Assembly: GCA_002269645.1 (NCBI GenBank)
Contig: NIVC01001532.1
Coordinates: forward strand, 124,001-188,000
Length of the DNA: 64,000 nt
Source of the DNA: Macrostomum lignano
Lineage: Eukaryota
Direction: 5' to 3'
Translations under genes and position numbers: made by a program
Notes under the pieces: model-generated
What the model was told of the DNA's origin: nothing
The model's database searches: none
Seen by the model: only the letters and a program-made list of their open reading frames with translations
In this document: positions 34,825-48,985 of the stretch, in pieces
How the letters are laid out: each line of letters opens with the position of its first letter
Position numbering within the stretch: the stretch's first letter is position 1

Positions 34825-35365
34825 TTCCTGCTGCACAGCTGGACCATTCAATTCCATTCTCCCGCATTATGCAACATCGGCGCTCTGGTTGCCAAAGTGA
34901 GGGACGATGATGGCCGCTTACACCAAGGAAGGGGCCATCTGGGAGCAGCTCTGCCACACGCAAACGGAACCAGCCACTTGAATAATGTTTTTTCGACTCT
35001 CGATATATATTCTCAAGAATTGTTTTCATGTGCATGCTTTCAAAACCATATTTTGTCATCTCTATCAGTGCTTGATTACTACTGCACTTTTATCTGATAT
35101 TTTAAACTTTATGTATGTTTTGAGCTTACACTCGCACTTTTTCTATCCGCTTGAATGCAGCTCTCACTCTCAACTCCTCTCCATCTCAATGTTTTTGCAT
35201 AGATCATGCAAATACGTTGTCAGCTTCTCAAAATTTTATTTTTACTTGTTTTTGCCCGGGGGGGGGTAGAAATTGTATTTATCAAAATACCGGCAAACCC
35301 TATTTCTGCCACCTTTCTCTGTCCTTTTGCTTTTACCTTGTCAGCGCGTTCGGGATTGGATATCT
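34825..35365 (+). mobile_element. Decayed Penelope-like element 3' end
   Basis: Weak C-terminal relic (ILPHY...MMAAYTKEGAIWEQL, with a stop), AT-rich spacer, hammerhead ghost at 35251-35297 with the same spacing and stems as 34433-34473, and a similar downstream tail (TGTCCTTTT..TACC..GTC..GATTGGA). Confidence 0.5.
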
Positions 35366-36714
35366 TAACCTCTCACCCTCTCCTCCTCTCTCCCTCTCCC
35401 TCTCCTTCTCTCCCTCTCCCTCTCCTTCTCTCCCTCTCCCTCTCCTTCTCTCCCTCTCCCTCTCCTTCTCTCCCTCTCCCTCTCCTTCTCTCCCTCTCTC
35501 CCTCTCCCTCTCTCCCTCTCCTCTCCTTCTCTCCCTCTCCTCTCCTTCTCTCCCTCTCCCTCTCCTTCTCTCCCTCTCCCTCTCCTTCTCTCCCTCTCTC
35601 CTCTCCTTCTCTCCCTCTCCCTCTCCTTCTCTCCCTCTCCCTCTCCTTCTCTCCCTCTCCCTCTCCTTCTCTCCCTCTCCCTCTCCTTCTCTCCCTCTCC
35701 CTCTCCCTCTCCTTTTCTCCCTCTCCCTCTCCCTCTCCTTCTCTCCCTCTCCCTTCCCTCTCCTTTTCTCCCTCTCCCTCTCCCTCTCCTTCTCTCTTTC
35801 TCCCTCTCCCTCTCCTTCTCTCCCTCTGACCCTCTCCCTCTCCTTCTCCCTCTCCTTCTCCCCTCCCTCTCCTTCTCTCCCTCTCCCTCTCCTTCTCTCC
35901 CTCTCCCTCTCCTTCTCTCCCCTCTCCCTCTCCTTCTCTCCCTCTCCCTCTCCTTCTCTCCCTCTCCCTCTCCTTCTCTCCCTCTCCCTCTCCTTCTCTC
36001 CCTCTCCCTCTCCTTCTCTCCCTCTCCCTCTCCTTCTCTCCCTCTCCCTCTCCTTCTCTCCCTCTCCCTCTCCTTCTCTCCCTCTCCCTCTCCTTCTCTC
36101 CCTCTCCCTCTCCTTCTCTCCCTCTCCCTCTCCTTCTCTCCCTCTCCCTCTCCTTCTCTCCCTCTCCCTCTCCCTCTCCTTTTCTCCCTCTCCCTCTCCC
36201 TCTCCTTCTCTCCCTCTCCCTCTCCTTCTCTCCCTCTCCCTCTCCCTCTCCTTCTTCTCCCTCTCCCTCTCCCTCTCCCTTCTCTCCCTCTCCTCTCCTC
36301 TCCCTCTCCCTCTCCCTCTCCCTTTCCCTCTCCTTTTCTCCCTCTCCCTCTCCCTCTCCTTCTCTCCCTCTTCATCTCTCCCTCTCTCCCATATTATTCG
36401 ATAAAATCCCATCATGTGATCTGCTGTTCACTATCTATCTTACCTAAAAGAGACCCTGCTCAGAGAAGAAAATCAGCAGAGAAACCAAAATGTCACGGAT
36501 AGAAAAGCAGGATTAAGTATCAATACTTTCATTCTAGTGAAGACATCGGTCCACCGAATGTCTTTTTCTACAGATTCCATTAGTCTGTGACAGATGAAAT
36601 CCTGGCTGTGCTCACCCAGCTGCCAATTAAATGTTAAAAGCTGTTCTTTTTTTGGAACAACGATATTCAGCTTTACTAACAGGCAAATATTGAGTGCATA
36701 GTCTAGTTAGCTCA

Positions 36715-39700
36715 AGCCTCACTGACACACCAGCCTCATTGACACACCAGCCTCACTGACACACCCAGCCTCACTGACACACCAGCCTCACTGACACACC
36801 AGCCTCACTGACACACCAGCCTCACTGACACACCAGCCTCACTGACACACCCAGCGTCACTGACACACCAGCCTCACTGACACACCCAGCCTCACTGACA
36901 CACCCAGCCTCACTGACACACCCAGCCTCACTGACACACCCAGCCGCACTGACACCAGCCTCACTGACACACCCAGCCTCACTGACACACCCAGCCACAC
37001 TGACACACCAGCCTCACTGACACACCAGCCTCACTGACACACCCAGCCTCACTGACACACCAGCCTCACTGACACACCAGCCTCACTGACACCAGCCTCA
37101 CTGACACACCAGCCTCACTGACACCAGCCTCACTGACACACCCAGCCTCACTGACACACCAGCCTCACTGACACACCCAGCCTCACTGACAGCAGCCTCA
37201 CTGACACACCCAGCCTCACTGGCACACCAGCCACACTGACACACCAGCCTCACTGACACACCAGCCTCACTGACACACCCAGCCTCACTGACACACCAGC
37301 CTCACTGACACACCCAGCGTCACTGACACACCAGCCTCACTGACACACCCAGCCTCACTGACACACCCAGCCTCACTGACACACCCAGCCTCACTGACAC
37401 ACCCAGCCGCACTGACACCAGCCTCACTGACACACCCAGCCTCACTGACACACCCAGCCACACTGACACACCAGCCTCACTGACACACCAGCCTCACTGA
37501 CACCAGCCTCACTGACACACCAGCCTCACTGACACCAGCCTCACTGACACACCCAGCCTCACTGACACACCAGCCTCACTGACACACCCAGCCTCACTGA
37601 CAGCAGCCTCACTGACACACCCAGCCTCACTGGCACACCAGCCTCACTGACACACCCAGCCTCACTGACACACCAGCCTCACTGACACACCAGCCTCACT
37701 GACACACCAGCCTCACTGACACACCCAGCCTCACTGACACCAGCCTCACTGACACACCAGCCTCACTGACACACCCAGCCTCACTGACACCAGCCTCACT
37801 GACACACCAGCCTCACTGACACCAGCCTCACTGACACACCCAGCCTCACTGACACACCCAGCCTCACTGACACCAGCCTCACTGACACACCAGCCTCACT
37901 AACACACCAGCCTCACTGACACACCCAGCCTCACTGACACACCAGCCTCACTGACACACCCAGCCTCACTGACACACCAGCCTCACTGACACACCCAGCC
38001 TCACTGACACACCCAGCCTCACTGACACACCCAGCCTCACTGACACACCAGCCTCACTGACACACCAGCCTCACTGACACCAGCCTCACTGACACACCCA
38101 GCCTCACTGACACACCAGCCTCACTGACACACCAGCCTCACTGACACACCAGCCTCACTGACACACCAGCCTCACTGACACACCAGCCTCACTGACACAC
38201 CCAGCGTCACTGACACACCAGCCTCACTGACACACCCAGCCTCACTGACACACCAGCCTCACTGACACACCCAGCCTCACTGACACACCCAGCCTCACTG
38301 ACACACCAGCCTCACTGACACACCAGCCTCACTGACACCAGCCTCACTGACACACCCAGCCTCACTGACACACCAGCCTCACTGACACACCAGCCTCACT
38401 GACACACCAGCCTCACTGACACACCAGCCTCACTGACACCAGCCTCACTGACACACCCAGCCTCACTGACACACCAGCCTCACTGACACACCCAGCCTCA
38501 CTGACACACCAGCCTCACTGACACACCCAGCCTCACTGACACACCCAGCCTCACTGACACACCCAGCCTCACTGACACACCCAGCCTCACTGACACACCA
38601 GCCTCACTGACACACCCAGCCTCACTGACACACCAGCCTCACTGACACACCCAGCCTCACTGACACACCAGCCTCACTGACACACCCAGCCTCACTGACA
38701 CACCCAGCCTCACTGACACACCCAGCCTCACTGACACACCAGCCTCACTGACACACCAGCCTCACTGACACCAGCCTCACTGACACACCCAGCCTCACTG
38801 ACACACCAGCCTCACTGACACACCCAGCCTCACTGACACCAGCCTCACTGACACACCAGCCTCACTGACACACCCAGCCTCACTGACACCAGCCTCACTG
38901 ACACACCAGCCTCACTGACACCAGCCTCACTGACACACCCAGCCTCACTGACACACCCAGCCTCACTGACACCAGCCTCACTGACACACCCAGCCTCACT
39001 AACACACCAGCCTCACTGACACACCCAGCCTCACTGACACACCAGCCTCACTGACACACCCAGCCTCACTGACACACCAGCCTCACTGACACACCCAGCC
39101 TCACTGACACACCCAGCCTCACTGACACACCCAGCCTCACTGACACACCAGCCTCACTGACACACCAGCCTCACTGACACCAGCCTCACTGACACACCCA
39201 GCCTCACTGACACACCAGCCTCACTGACACACCAGCCTCACTGACACACCAGCCTCACTGACACACCAGCCTCACTGACACCAGCCTCACTGACACACCC
39301 AGCCTCACTGACACACCAGCCTCACTGACACACCCAGCCTCACTGACACACCAGCCTCACTGACACACCCAGCCTCACTGACACACCCAGCCTCACTGAC
39401 ACACCCAGCCTCACTGACACACCCAGCCTCACTGACACACCAGCCTCACTGACACACCCAGCCTCACTGACACACCAGCCTCACTGACACACCCAGCCTC
39501 ACTGACACACCAGCCTCACTGACACACCCAGCCTCACTGACACACCCAGCCTCACTGACACACCCAGCCTCACTGACACACCAGCCTCACTGACACACCA
39601 GCCTCACTGACACCAGCCTCACTGACACACCCAGCCTCACTGACACACCAGCTTCACTGACACACCAGCCTCACTGACACACCAGCCTCACTGACACACC

Positions 39701-41045
39701 AGCCTCACTGACACCAGCCTCACTGACACACCAGCCTCACTGACACACCCAGCCTCACTGACACACCCAGCCTCACTGACACACCAGCCTCACTGACACA
39801 CCCAGCCTCACTGACACACCAGCCTCACTGACACACCCAGCCTCACTGACACCAGCCTCACTGACACACCAGCCTCACTGACACACCCAGCCTCACTGAC
39901 ACACCCAGCCTCACTGACACACCAGCCTCACTGACACACCAGCCTCACTGACACACCAGCCTCACTGACACACCAGCCTCACTGACACACCCAGCCTCAC
40001 TGACTCACCCAGCCTCACTGACACACCAGCCTCACTGACACACCAGCCTCACTGACACCAGCCTCACTGACACACCAGCCTCACTGACACACCAGCCTCA
40101 CTGACACACCCAGCCTCACTGACACACCAGCCTCACTGACACACCAGCCTCACTGACACACCAGCCTCACTGACACACCAGCCTCACTGACACACCCAGC
40201 CTCACTGACACACCAGCCTCACTGACACACCAGCCTCACTGACACACCAGCCTCACTGACACACCAGCCTCACTGACACACCAGCCTCACTGACACACCA
40301 GCCTCACTGACACACCAGCCTCACTGACACACCCAGCCTCACTGACACCAGCCTCACTGACACACCAGCCTCACTGACACCAGCCTCACTGACACACCCA
40401 GCCTCACTGACACCAGCCTCACTGACACACCCAGCCTCACTGACACACCAGCCTCACTGACACACCAGCCTCACTGACACACCTGCCTCACTGACACACC
40501 AGCCTCACTGACACACCAGCCTCACTGACACACCAGCCTCACTGACACACCAGCCTCACTGACACACCAGCCTCACTGACACACCAGCCTCACTGACACA
40601 CCCAGCCTCACTGACACACCAGCCTCACTGACACACCAGCCTCACTGACACACCAGCCTCACTGACACACCAGCCTCACTGACACACCAGCCTCACTGAC
40701 ACACCAGCCTCACTGACACACCCAGCCTCACTGACACACCAGCCTCACTGACACACCAGCCTCACTGACACACCAGCCTCACTGACACACCAGCCTCACT
40801 GACACACCAGCCTCACTGACACACCCAGCCTCACTGACACACCAGCCTCACTGACACACCAGCCTCACTGACACACCAGCCTCACTGACACACCAGCCTC
40901 ACTGACACACCAGCCTCACTGACACACCAGCCTCACTGACACACCCAGCCTCACTGACACACCCAGCCTCACTGACACACCAGCCTCACTGACACACCAG
41001 CCTCACTGACACACCAGCCTCACTGACACACTAGCCCCCCACTGA
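36715..41045. repeat. 4.3-kb minisatellite, 15/17/18-bp variants of CAGCCTCACTGACAC(AC)(C)
   Basis: Direct. Confidence 0.98.
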
Positions 41046-41429
41046 CACGTAGATGGTAGAGGAGACAGTTAAGGTGAATATTCGCGGACCCTAAGACAGC
41101 TTCTTCCGCCTGCATGTTTTCCATGGATTTAAAATTGATTTTTGATTAAATCTTTGCGTCACTGAAAGTTGGCAAGGGAAAGATAGCCCCCATAAAGATG
41201 CTGCTACCTGAGCCCTCTCCTCTACCGCCTTCTGCCCGCATTCTTCATCATCCTTTTACCCTCCATTTCTCCTCAATCAATTCTCCTCCTTCTTTCAGAG
41301 CCCCTGCACGCAAGGCAGGAAAAGGCCAATTTTCTTTATTATTCCTTTCCTGCGAAAGCGCTGACTGTTTATTGAGTCTGGCTGTCTGCATGCGACTCTC
41401 GGCTGCAGAATTCTCTCCAGTATGTTTCC

Positions 41430-44400
41430 GGGGGCGATTCTTTACTGGCGATTCTTTACTGGGGTGATTCTTTACTGGGGCGATTCTTTACTGGCGATTC
41501 TTTACTGGGGCGATTCTTTACTGGGGCGATTATTTACTGGGGCGATTCTTTACTGGGGTGATTCTTTACTGGGGCGATTCTTTACTAAGGCGATTCTTTA
41601 CTGGGGCGATTCTTTACTGGGGTGATTCTTTACTGGGGCGATTATTTACTGGGGCGATTCTTTACTGGCGATTCTTTACTGGGGTGATTCTTTACTAGGG
41701 CGATTTTTTACTGGGGCGATTTTTTACTGGGGCGATTCTTTACTGGGGCGATTCTTTACGGGGCGATTCTTTACTGGGGCGATTCTTTACTGGGGCGATT
41801 CTTTACTGGGGCGATTCTTTACTGGGGCGATTCTTTAGTGGGGCGATTCTTTACTGGGGCGAATTTTTACTGGGGCGATTCTTTACTGGGGCGATTCTTT
41901 ACTGGGGCGATTCTTTACTGGGCCGATTCTTTACTGGGGCGATTCTTTACTAAGGCGATTCTTTACTGGGGCGATTCTTTACTGGGGCGATTCTTTACTG
42001 GGGCGATTCTTTACTGGGGCGATTCTTTACTGGGGCGATTCTTTACTGGGGCGATTCTTTACTAAGGCGATTCTTTACTGGGGCGATTCTTTACTGGGGC
42101 GATTCATTACTGGGGCGATTATTTACTGGGGCGATTCTTTACTGGGGCGATTCTTTACTGGGGCGAGTCTTTACTGGGGCGATTCTTTACTGGGGCGATT
42201 CTTTACTAAGGCGATTCTTTACTGGGGCGATTATTTACTGGGGCGATTCTTTACTGGGGCGATTCTTTACTGGGCGATTCTTTACTGGGCGATTCTTTAC
42301 TGGGGCGATTATTTACTGGGGCGATTATTTACTGGGGCGATTCTTTACTGGGGCGATTCTTTACTAAGGCGAGTCTTTAGTGGGGCGATTCTTTACTGGG
42401 GCGATTCTTTACTGGGGCGATTATTTACTGGGGCGATTCTTTACTAGGGCGATTCTTTACTGGGGCGATTATTTACTGGGGCGATTCTTTACTGGGGCGA
42501 TTATTTACTGGGCGATTCTTTACTGAGGCGATTATTTACTGGGGCGATTCTTTACTAAGGCGATTCTTTACTGGGGCGATTATTTACTGGGGCGATTATT
42601 TACTGGGGCGATTTTTTACTGGGGCGATTCTTTACTGGGGCGATTCTTTACTGGGGCGAGTCTTTACTGGGGCGAGTCTTTAGTGGGGCGATTCTTTACT
42701 GGGGCGAGTCTTTACTGGGGCGATTCTTTACTGGGGCGATTCTTTACTGGGGCGATTCTTTACTGGGGCGATTCTTTACTGGGGCGATTCTTTACTGGGG
42801 CGAGTCTTTAGTGGGCGATTCTTTACTGGGGCGATTGTTTACTGGGGCGATTCTTTACTGGGGCGATTATTTACTGGGGCGATTCTTTACTGGGGCGATT
42901 CATTACTAAGGCGATTCTTTACTGGGGCGATTCTTTACTGGGGCGATTCTTTACTGGGGCGATTATTTACTGGGGCGATTCTTTACTGGGGCGATTCTTT
43001 ACTGGGGCGATTCTTTACTGGGGCGATTATTTACTGGGGCGATTCTTTACTGGGGCGATTCTTTACTGGGGCGATTATTTACTGGGGCGATTCTTTACTG
43101 GGGCGATTCTTTACTGGGGCGATTATTTACTGGGGCGATTCTTTACTAAGGCGATTCTTTACTGGGGCGATTATTTACTGGGGCGATTCTTTACTGGGGC
43201 GATTTTTTACTGGGGCGATTCTTTACTGGGGCGATTCTTTACTGGGGCGAGTCTTTACTGGGGCGAGTCTTTAGTGGGGCGATTCTTTACTGGGGCGAGT
43301 CTTTACTGGGGCGATTCTTTACTGGGGCGATTCTTTACTGGGGCGATTCTTTACTGGGGCGATTCTTTACTGGGGCGATTCTTTACTGGGGCGAGTCTTT
43401 AGTGGGCGATTCTTTACTGGGGCGATTGTTTACTGGGGCGATTCTTTACTGGGGCGATTATTTACTGGGGCGATTCTTTACTGGGGCGATTCTTTACTAA
43501 GGCGATTCTTTACTGGGGCGATTCTTTACTGGGGCGATTCTTTACTGGGGCGATTATTTACTGGGGCGATTCTTTACTGGGGCGATTCTTTACTGGGGTG
43601 ATTCTTTTCTGGGGCCATTCTTTACTGGGGCGATTCTTTACTAAGGCGAGTCTTTAGTGGGGCGATTCTTTACTGGGGCGATTATTTACTGGGGCGATTC
43701 TTTACTGGGGCGATTCTTTACTGGGGCGATTCTTTACTGGGGCGATTCTTTACTGGGGCGATTCTTTACTGGGGCGAGTCTTTACTGGGCGATTCTTTAC
43801 TGGGGCGATTATTTACTGGGGCAATTCTTTACTGGGGCGATTATTTACTGGGGCGATTATTTACTGGGGCGATTCTTTACTGGGGCGATTCTTTACTGGG
43901 GCGATTATTTACTGGGGCGATTCTTTACTGGGGCGATTCTTTACTGGGGCGATTCTTTACTGGGGCGATTCTTTACTGGGGCGATTCTTTACTGGGGCGA
44001 GTCTTTAGTGGGCGATTCTTTACTGGGGCGATTGTTTACTGGGGCGATTCTTTACTGGGGCGAGTCTTTACTGGGGCGATTCTTTAGTGGGGCGATTCTT
44101 TACTGGGGCGAGTCTTTACTGGGGCGATTCTTTACTGGGGCGATTCTTTACTGGGGCGATTCTTTACTGGGGCGATTCTTTACTGGGGCGATTCTTTACT
44201 GGGCGATTCTTTACTGGGGCGATTGTTTACTGGGGCGATTCTTTACTGGGGCGATTATTTACTGGGGCGATTCTTTACTGGGGCGATTCTTTACTGGGGC
44301 GATTCTTTACTAAGGCGATTCTTTACTGGGGCGATTCTTTACTGGGGCGATTATTTACTGGGGCGATTATTTACTGGGGCGATTCTTTACTGGGGCGATT

Positions 44401-47400
44401 CTTTACTGGGGTGATTCTTTTCTGGGGCCATTCTTTACTGGGGCGATTCTTTACTGGGGCGATTATTTACTGGGCGATTCTTTACTGGGGCGATTATTTA
44501 CTGGGGCGATTCTTTACTGGGGCCATTCTTTACTGGGGCGATTCTTTACTGGGGCGATTCTTTACTGGGGCGAGTCTTTACTGGGGCGATTCTTTACTAG
44601 GGCGATTCTTTACTGGGGCGATTATTTACTGGGGCGATTATTTACTGGGGCGATTCTTTACTGGGGCCATTCTTTACTGGGGCGATTATTTACTGGGGCG
44701 ATTCTTTACTGGGGCGAGTCTTTACTGGGGCGATTCTTTACTGGGGCCATTCTTTACTGGGGCGATTCTTTACTGGGGCGATTCTTTTCTGGGGCCATTC
44801 TTTACTGGGGCGATTCTTTACTGGGGCGATTATTTACTGGGGCGATTCTTTACTGGGGCGATTATTTACTGGGGCGATTCTTTTCTGGGGCGATTCTTTA
44901 CTGGGGCGATTCTTTACTGGGGCGATTCTTTACTGGGGCGATTCTTTACTGGGGCGATTCTTTACTGGGGCGATTCTTTACTAAGGCGATTCTTTACTGG
45001 GGCGATTCTTTACTGGGGCGATTATTTACTGGGGCGATTATTTACTGGGGCGATTATTTACTGGGGCGATTCTTTACTGGGGCGATTCTTTACTGGGGCG
45101 ATTATTTACTGGGGCGATTCTTTACTGGGGCGATTCTTTACTGGGGCGAGTCTTTAGTGGGGCGATTCTTTACTGGGGCGATTCTTTACTAAGGCGATTC
45201 TTTACTGGGGCGATTATTTACTGGGGCGATTATTTACTGGGGCGATTTTTTACTGGGGCGATTCTTTACTGGGGCGATTCTTTACTGGGGCGAGTCTTTA
45301 CTGGGGCGATTCTTTAGTGGGGCGATTCTTTACTGGGGCGAGTCTTTACTGGGGCGATTCTTTACTGGGGCGATTCTTTACTGGGGCGATTCTTTACTGG
45401 GGCGATTCTTTACTGGGGCGAGTCTTTAGTGGGCGATTCTTTACTGGGGCGATTGTTTACTGGGGCGATTCTTTACTGGGGCGATTATTTACTGGGGCGA
45501 TTCTTTACTGGGGCGATTCTTTACTGGGGCGATTCTTTACTGGGGCGATTCTTTACTGGGGCGATTCTTTACTAAGGCGATTCTTTACTGGGGCGATTCT
45601 TTACTGGGGCGATTCTTTACTGGGGCGATTCTTTACTAAGGCGATTCTTTACTGGGGCGATTCTTTACTGGGCCGATTCTTTACTGGGGCGATTCTTTAC
45701 TGGGGCGATTATTTACTGGGGCGATTCTTTACTGGGGCGAGTCTTTACTGGGGCGATTCTTTACTGGGGCCATTCTTTACTGGGGCGATTCTTTACTGGG
45801 GCGATTCTTTTCTGGGGCCATTCTTTACTGGGGCGATTCTTTACTGGGGCGATTATTTACTGGGGCGATTCTTTACTGGGGCGATTATTTACTGGGGCGA
45901 TTCTTTTCTGGGGCGATTCTTTACTGGGGCGATTCTTTACTGGGGCGATTCTTTACTAAGGCGATTCTTTACTGGGGCGATTCTTTACTGGGGCGATTCT
46001 TTACTGGGGCGATTCTTTACTAAGGCGATTCTTTACTGGGGCGATTCTTTACTGGGGCGAGTCTTTAGTGGGGCGATTCTTTACTGGGGCGAATTTTTAC
46101 TGGGGCGATTCTTTACTGGGGCGATTATTTACTGGGGCGATTATTTACTGGGGCGATTCTTTACTGGGGCGATTCTTTACTGGGGCGATTATTTACTGGG
46201 GCGATTCTTTACTGGGGCGATTCTTTACTGGGGCGATTCTTTACTGGGGCGATTCTTTACTAAGGCGATTCTTTACTGGGGCGATTCTTTACTGGGGCGA
46301 TTATTTACTGGGGCGATTCTTTACTGGGGCGATTCTTTACTGGGGCGATTCTTTACTGGGGCGATTCTTTACTGGGGCGATTCTTTACTGGGGCGATTCT
46401 TTACTGGGGCGATTCTTTACTGGGGCGATTATTTACTGGGGCGATTCTTTACTGGGGCGATTCTTTACTGGGGCGATTCTTTACTGGGCGATTCTTTACT
46501 GGGGCGATTATTTACTGGGGCGATTCTTTACTGGGGCGATTCTTTACTGGGGCGATTCTTTACTGGGGCGATTCTTTACTGGGGCGATTCTTTACTAAGG
46601 CGATTCTTTACTGGGGCGATTCTTTACTGGGGCGATTATTTACTGGGGCGATTCTTTACTGGGGCGATTCTTTACTGGGGCGATTCTTTACTGGGGCGAT
46701 TCTTTACTGGGCGATTCTTTACTGGGGCGATTATTTACTGGGGCGATTATTTACTGGGGCGATTCTTTACTGGAGCGATTATTTACTAAGGCGAGTCTTT
46801 AGTGGGGCGATTTTTTACTGGGGCGATTATTTACTAAGGCGAGTCTTTAGTGGGGCGATTTTTTACTGGGGCGAATTTTTACTGGGGTGATTCTTTACTG
46901 GGGCGATTATTTACTGGGGCGATTCTTTACTGGGGCGATTATTTACTGGGGCGATTCTTTACTGGGGCCATTCTTTACTGGGGCGATTCTTTACTAAGGC
47001 GATTCTTTACTGGGGCGATTCTTTACTGGGGCGATTCTTTACTGGGGCGATTCTTTACTGGGGCGATTATTTACTGGGGCGATTCTTTACTGGGGCGATT
47101 CTTTACTGGGGCGATTCTTTACTGGGCGATTCTTTACTGGGGCGATTATTTACTGGGGCGATTCTTTACTGGGGCGATTCTTTACTGGGGCGAGTCTTTA
47201 CTGGGGCGATTCTTTACTGGGGCGATTCTTTACTAAGGCGATTATTTACTGGGGCGATTCTTTACTGGGGCGAGTCTTTAGTGGGGCGATTCGTTACTGG
47301 GGCGATTCTTTACTAAGGCGATTCTTTACTTTGCGATTCTTTACTGGGGCCATTCTTTACTGGGGCGATTCTTTACTGGGGCGAGTCTTTAGTGGGGCGA

Positions 47401-47470
47401 TTCTTTACTGGGGCGATTTTTTACTGGGGCGATTCTTTACTGGGGCGATTATTTACTGGGGCGATTCTTT
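41430..47470. repeat. 6-kb 16-bp minisatellite (ACTGGGGCGATTCTTT)
   Basis: Direct; source of the GRFFTGAILYW ORF artefacts. Confidence 0.98.
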
Positions 47471-47869
47471 GCCTTTCTCATACTTGATCTTCCAGTATGA
47501 CTTTATAAGACTTCCTAAGACTTTCTTCAATAAATTTCTACGATAGGATGTCAAGTTAAGACTCAGGTGAGCAGTGAGCAGAATCTGTCTGCTTTGAGTC
47601 GAAAATTACATCGTCCTCTCTTTTGCTGTAAATTACCCTGCCTGTGTAATATAACCCAAAGAAAATCTGCTTCTAGAAGAAGAAAGTCTTAGAAGAGTTC
47701 AAATTAGGGCAATCGACTGAAGACAAGCGTAGCAACTAAGACGGAGTTGGCCTTCTCTCTTCGGAAAAAAATTTAGTATACCCGCCAATCTTCTTTTGAA
47801 AGCAGATGCAAGTCTTCGAAGGCAGGTGGCCAGCACCATAACTTATCATGCCATACTTTTATGCGGCAT

Positions 47870-48985
47870 TTAACTAGTCAGCACACTGCACTGTCAAACA
47901 ATATTATCCCTCTCACTCTCCCTCTCCCTCTCACTCTCCCTCTCACTCTCCCTCTCCCTCTCACTCTCCCTCTCCCGCTCACTCTCCCTCTCCCTCTCAC
48001 TTTCCCCCTCCCTCTCACTCTCCCTCTCCCTCTCACTCTCCCTCTCCCTCTCACTCTCCCTCTCACTCTCCCTCTCCCTCTCCCTCTCACTCTCCCTCTC
48101 ACTCTCCCTCTCCCTCTCACTCTCCCTCTCCCTCTCACTCTCCCTCTCACTCTCCCTCTCCCTCTCACTCTCCCTCTCACTCTCCCTCTCCCTCTCACTC
48201 TCCCTCTACCTCTCACTCTCCCTCTCCATCTCACTCTCCCTCTCACTCTCCCTCTTCCTCTCACTCTCCCTCTGCCTCTCACTCTCCCTCTGCCTCTCAC
48301 TCTCCCTCTCCCTCTCACTCCCCCTCTGCATCTCACTCTCTCTCTCCCTCTCCTTCTCACTCTCCCTCTCCCTCTCACTCTCCCTCTCTCTCTCCCTCCT
48401 CCCTCCTCTCTCCCTCACCCTCTCCCTTTTTAACTAGTCAGCACACTGCACTGTCAAACAATATTATCCCTCTCACTCTCCCTCTCCCTCTCACTCTCCC
48501 TCTCCCTCTCCGTCTCACTCTCCCTCTCCCTCTCACTCTCCCTCTCCCTCTCCGTCTCACTCTCCCTCTCCGTCTCACTCTCCCTCTCCCTCTCACTCTC
48601 CCTCTCCCTCTCACTCTCCCTCTCCCTCTGCCTCTCACTCTCCCTCTGCCTCTCACTCTCCCTCTGCCTCTCCCTCTCCCTCTCCTTCTCACTCTCCCTC
48701 TGCCTCTCACTCTCCCTCTCCTTCTCACTCTCCCTCTCCCTCTCACTCTCCCTCTCTCTCTCCCTCTCCCTCTACCTCTCCCTCTCCCTCTCCCTTTCCC
48801 TCCTCTCTCCCTCACCCTCTCCCTCTCCCTCTCCCTCACCTTCTAACTCACCCTCTCCCTCTCCCTCTACCTCACCCTCTCCCTCTCCTTTTACCTCTCC
48901 CTCTACCTCATCCTCTAACTCACCCTCCTTTCACTCTCCCTCTCTTTTCTTCTCCCTCTCCGTCTTCATCTCGCTCTCCCTCTTC
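47870..48985. repeat. CT-rich (CTCTCC/CTCACT) tract with a short unique leader duplicated about 560 bp apart
   Basis: TAACTAGTCAGCACACTGCACTGTCAAACAATATTATCC at about 47870 and about 48431. Confidence 0.9.

Larger units (their letters stand above)
32740..36390. repeat. CT-rich polypyrimidine microsatellite complex interrupted by two PLE remnants
   Basis: Tracts at about 32740-33965, 34540-34820 and 35370-36390. Confidence 0.95.

Noticed and set aside
36541-36563. Hairpin GACAT-CGGT-CC-ACCG-A-ATGTC near a TGAAG motif
   Set aside because: Lacks the CUGANGA and GAAA core, so it is not a hammerhead.
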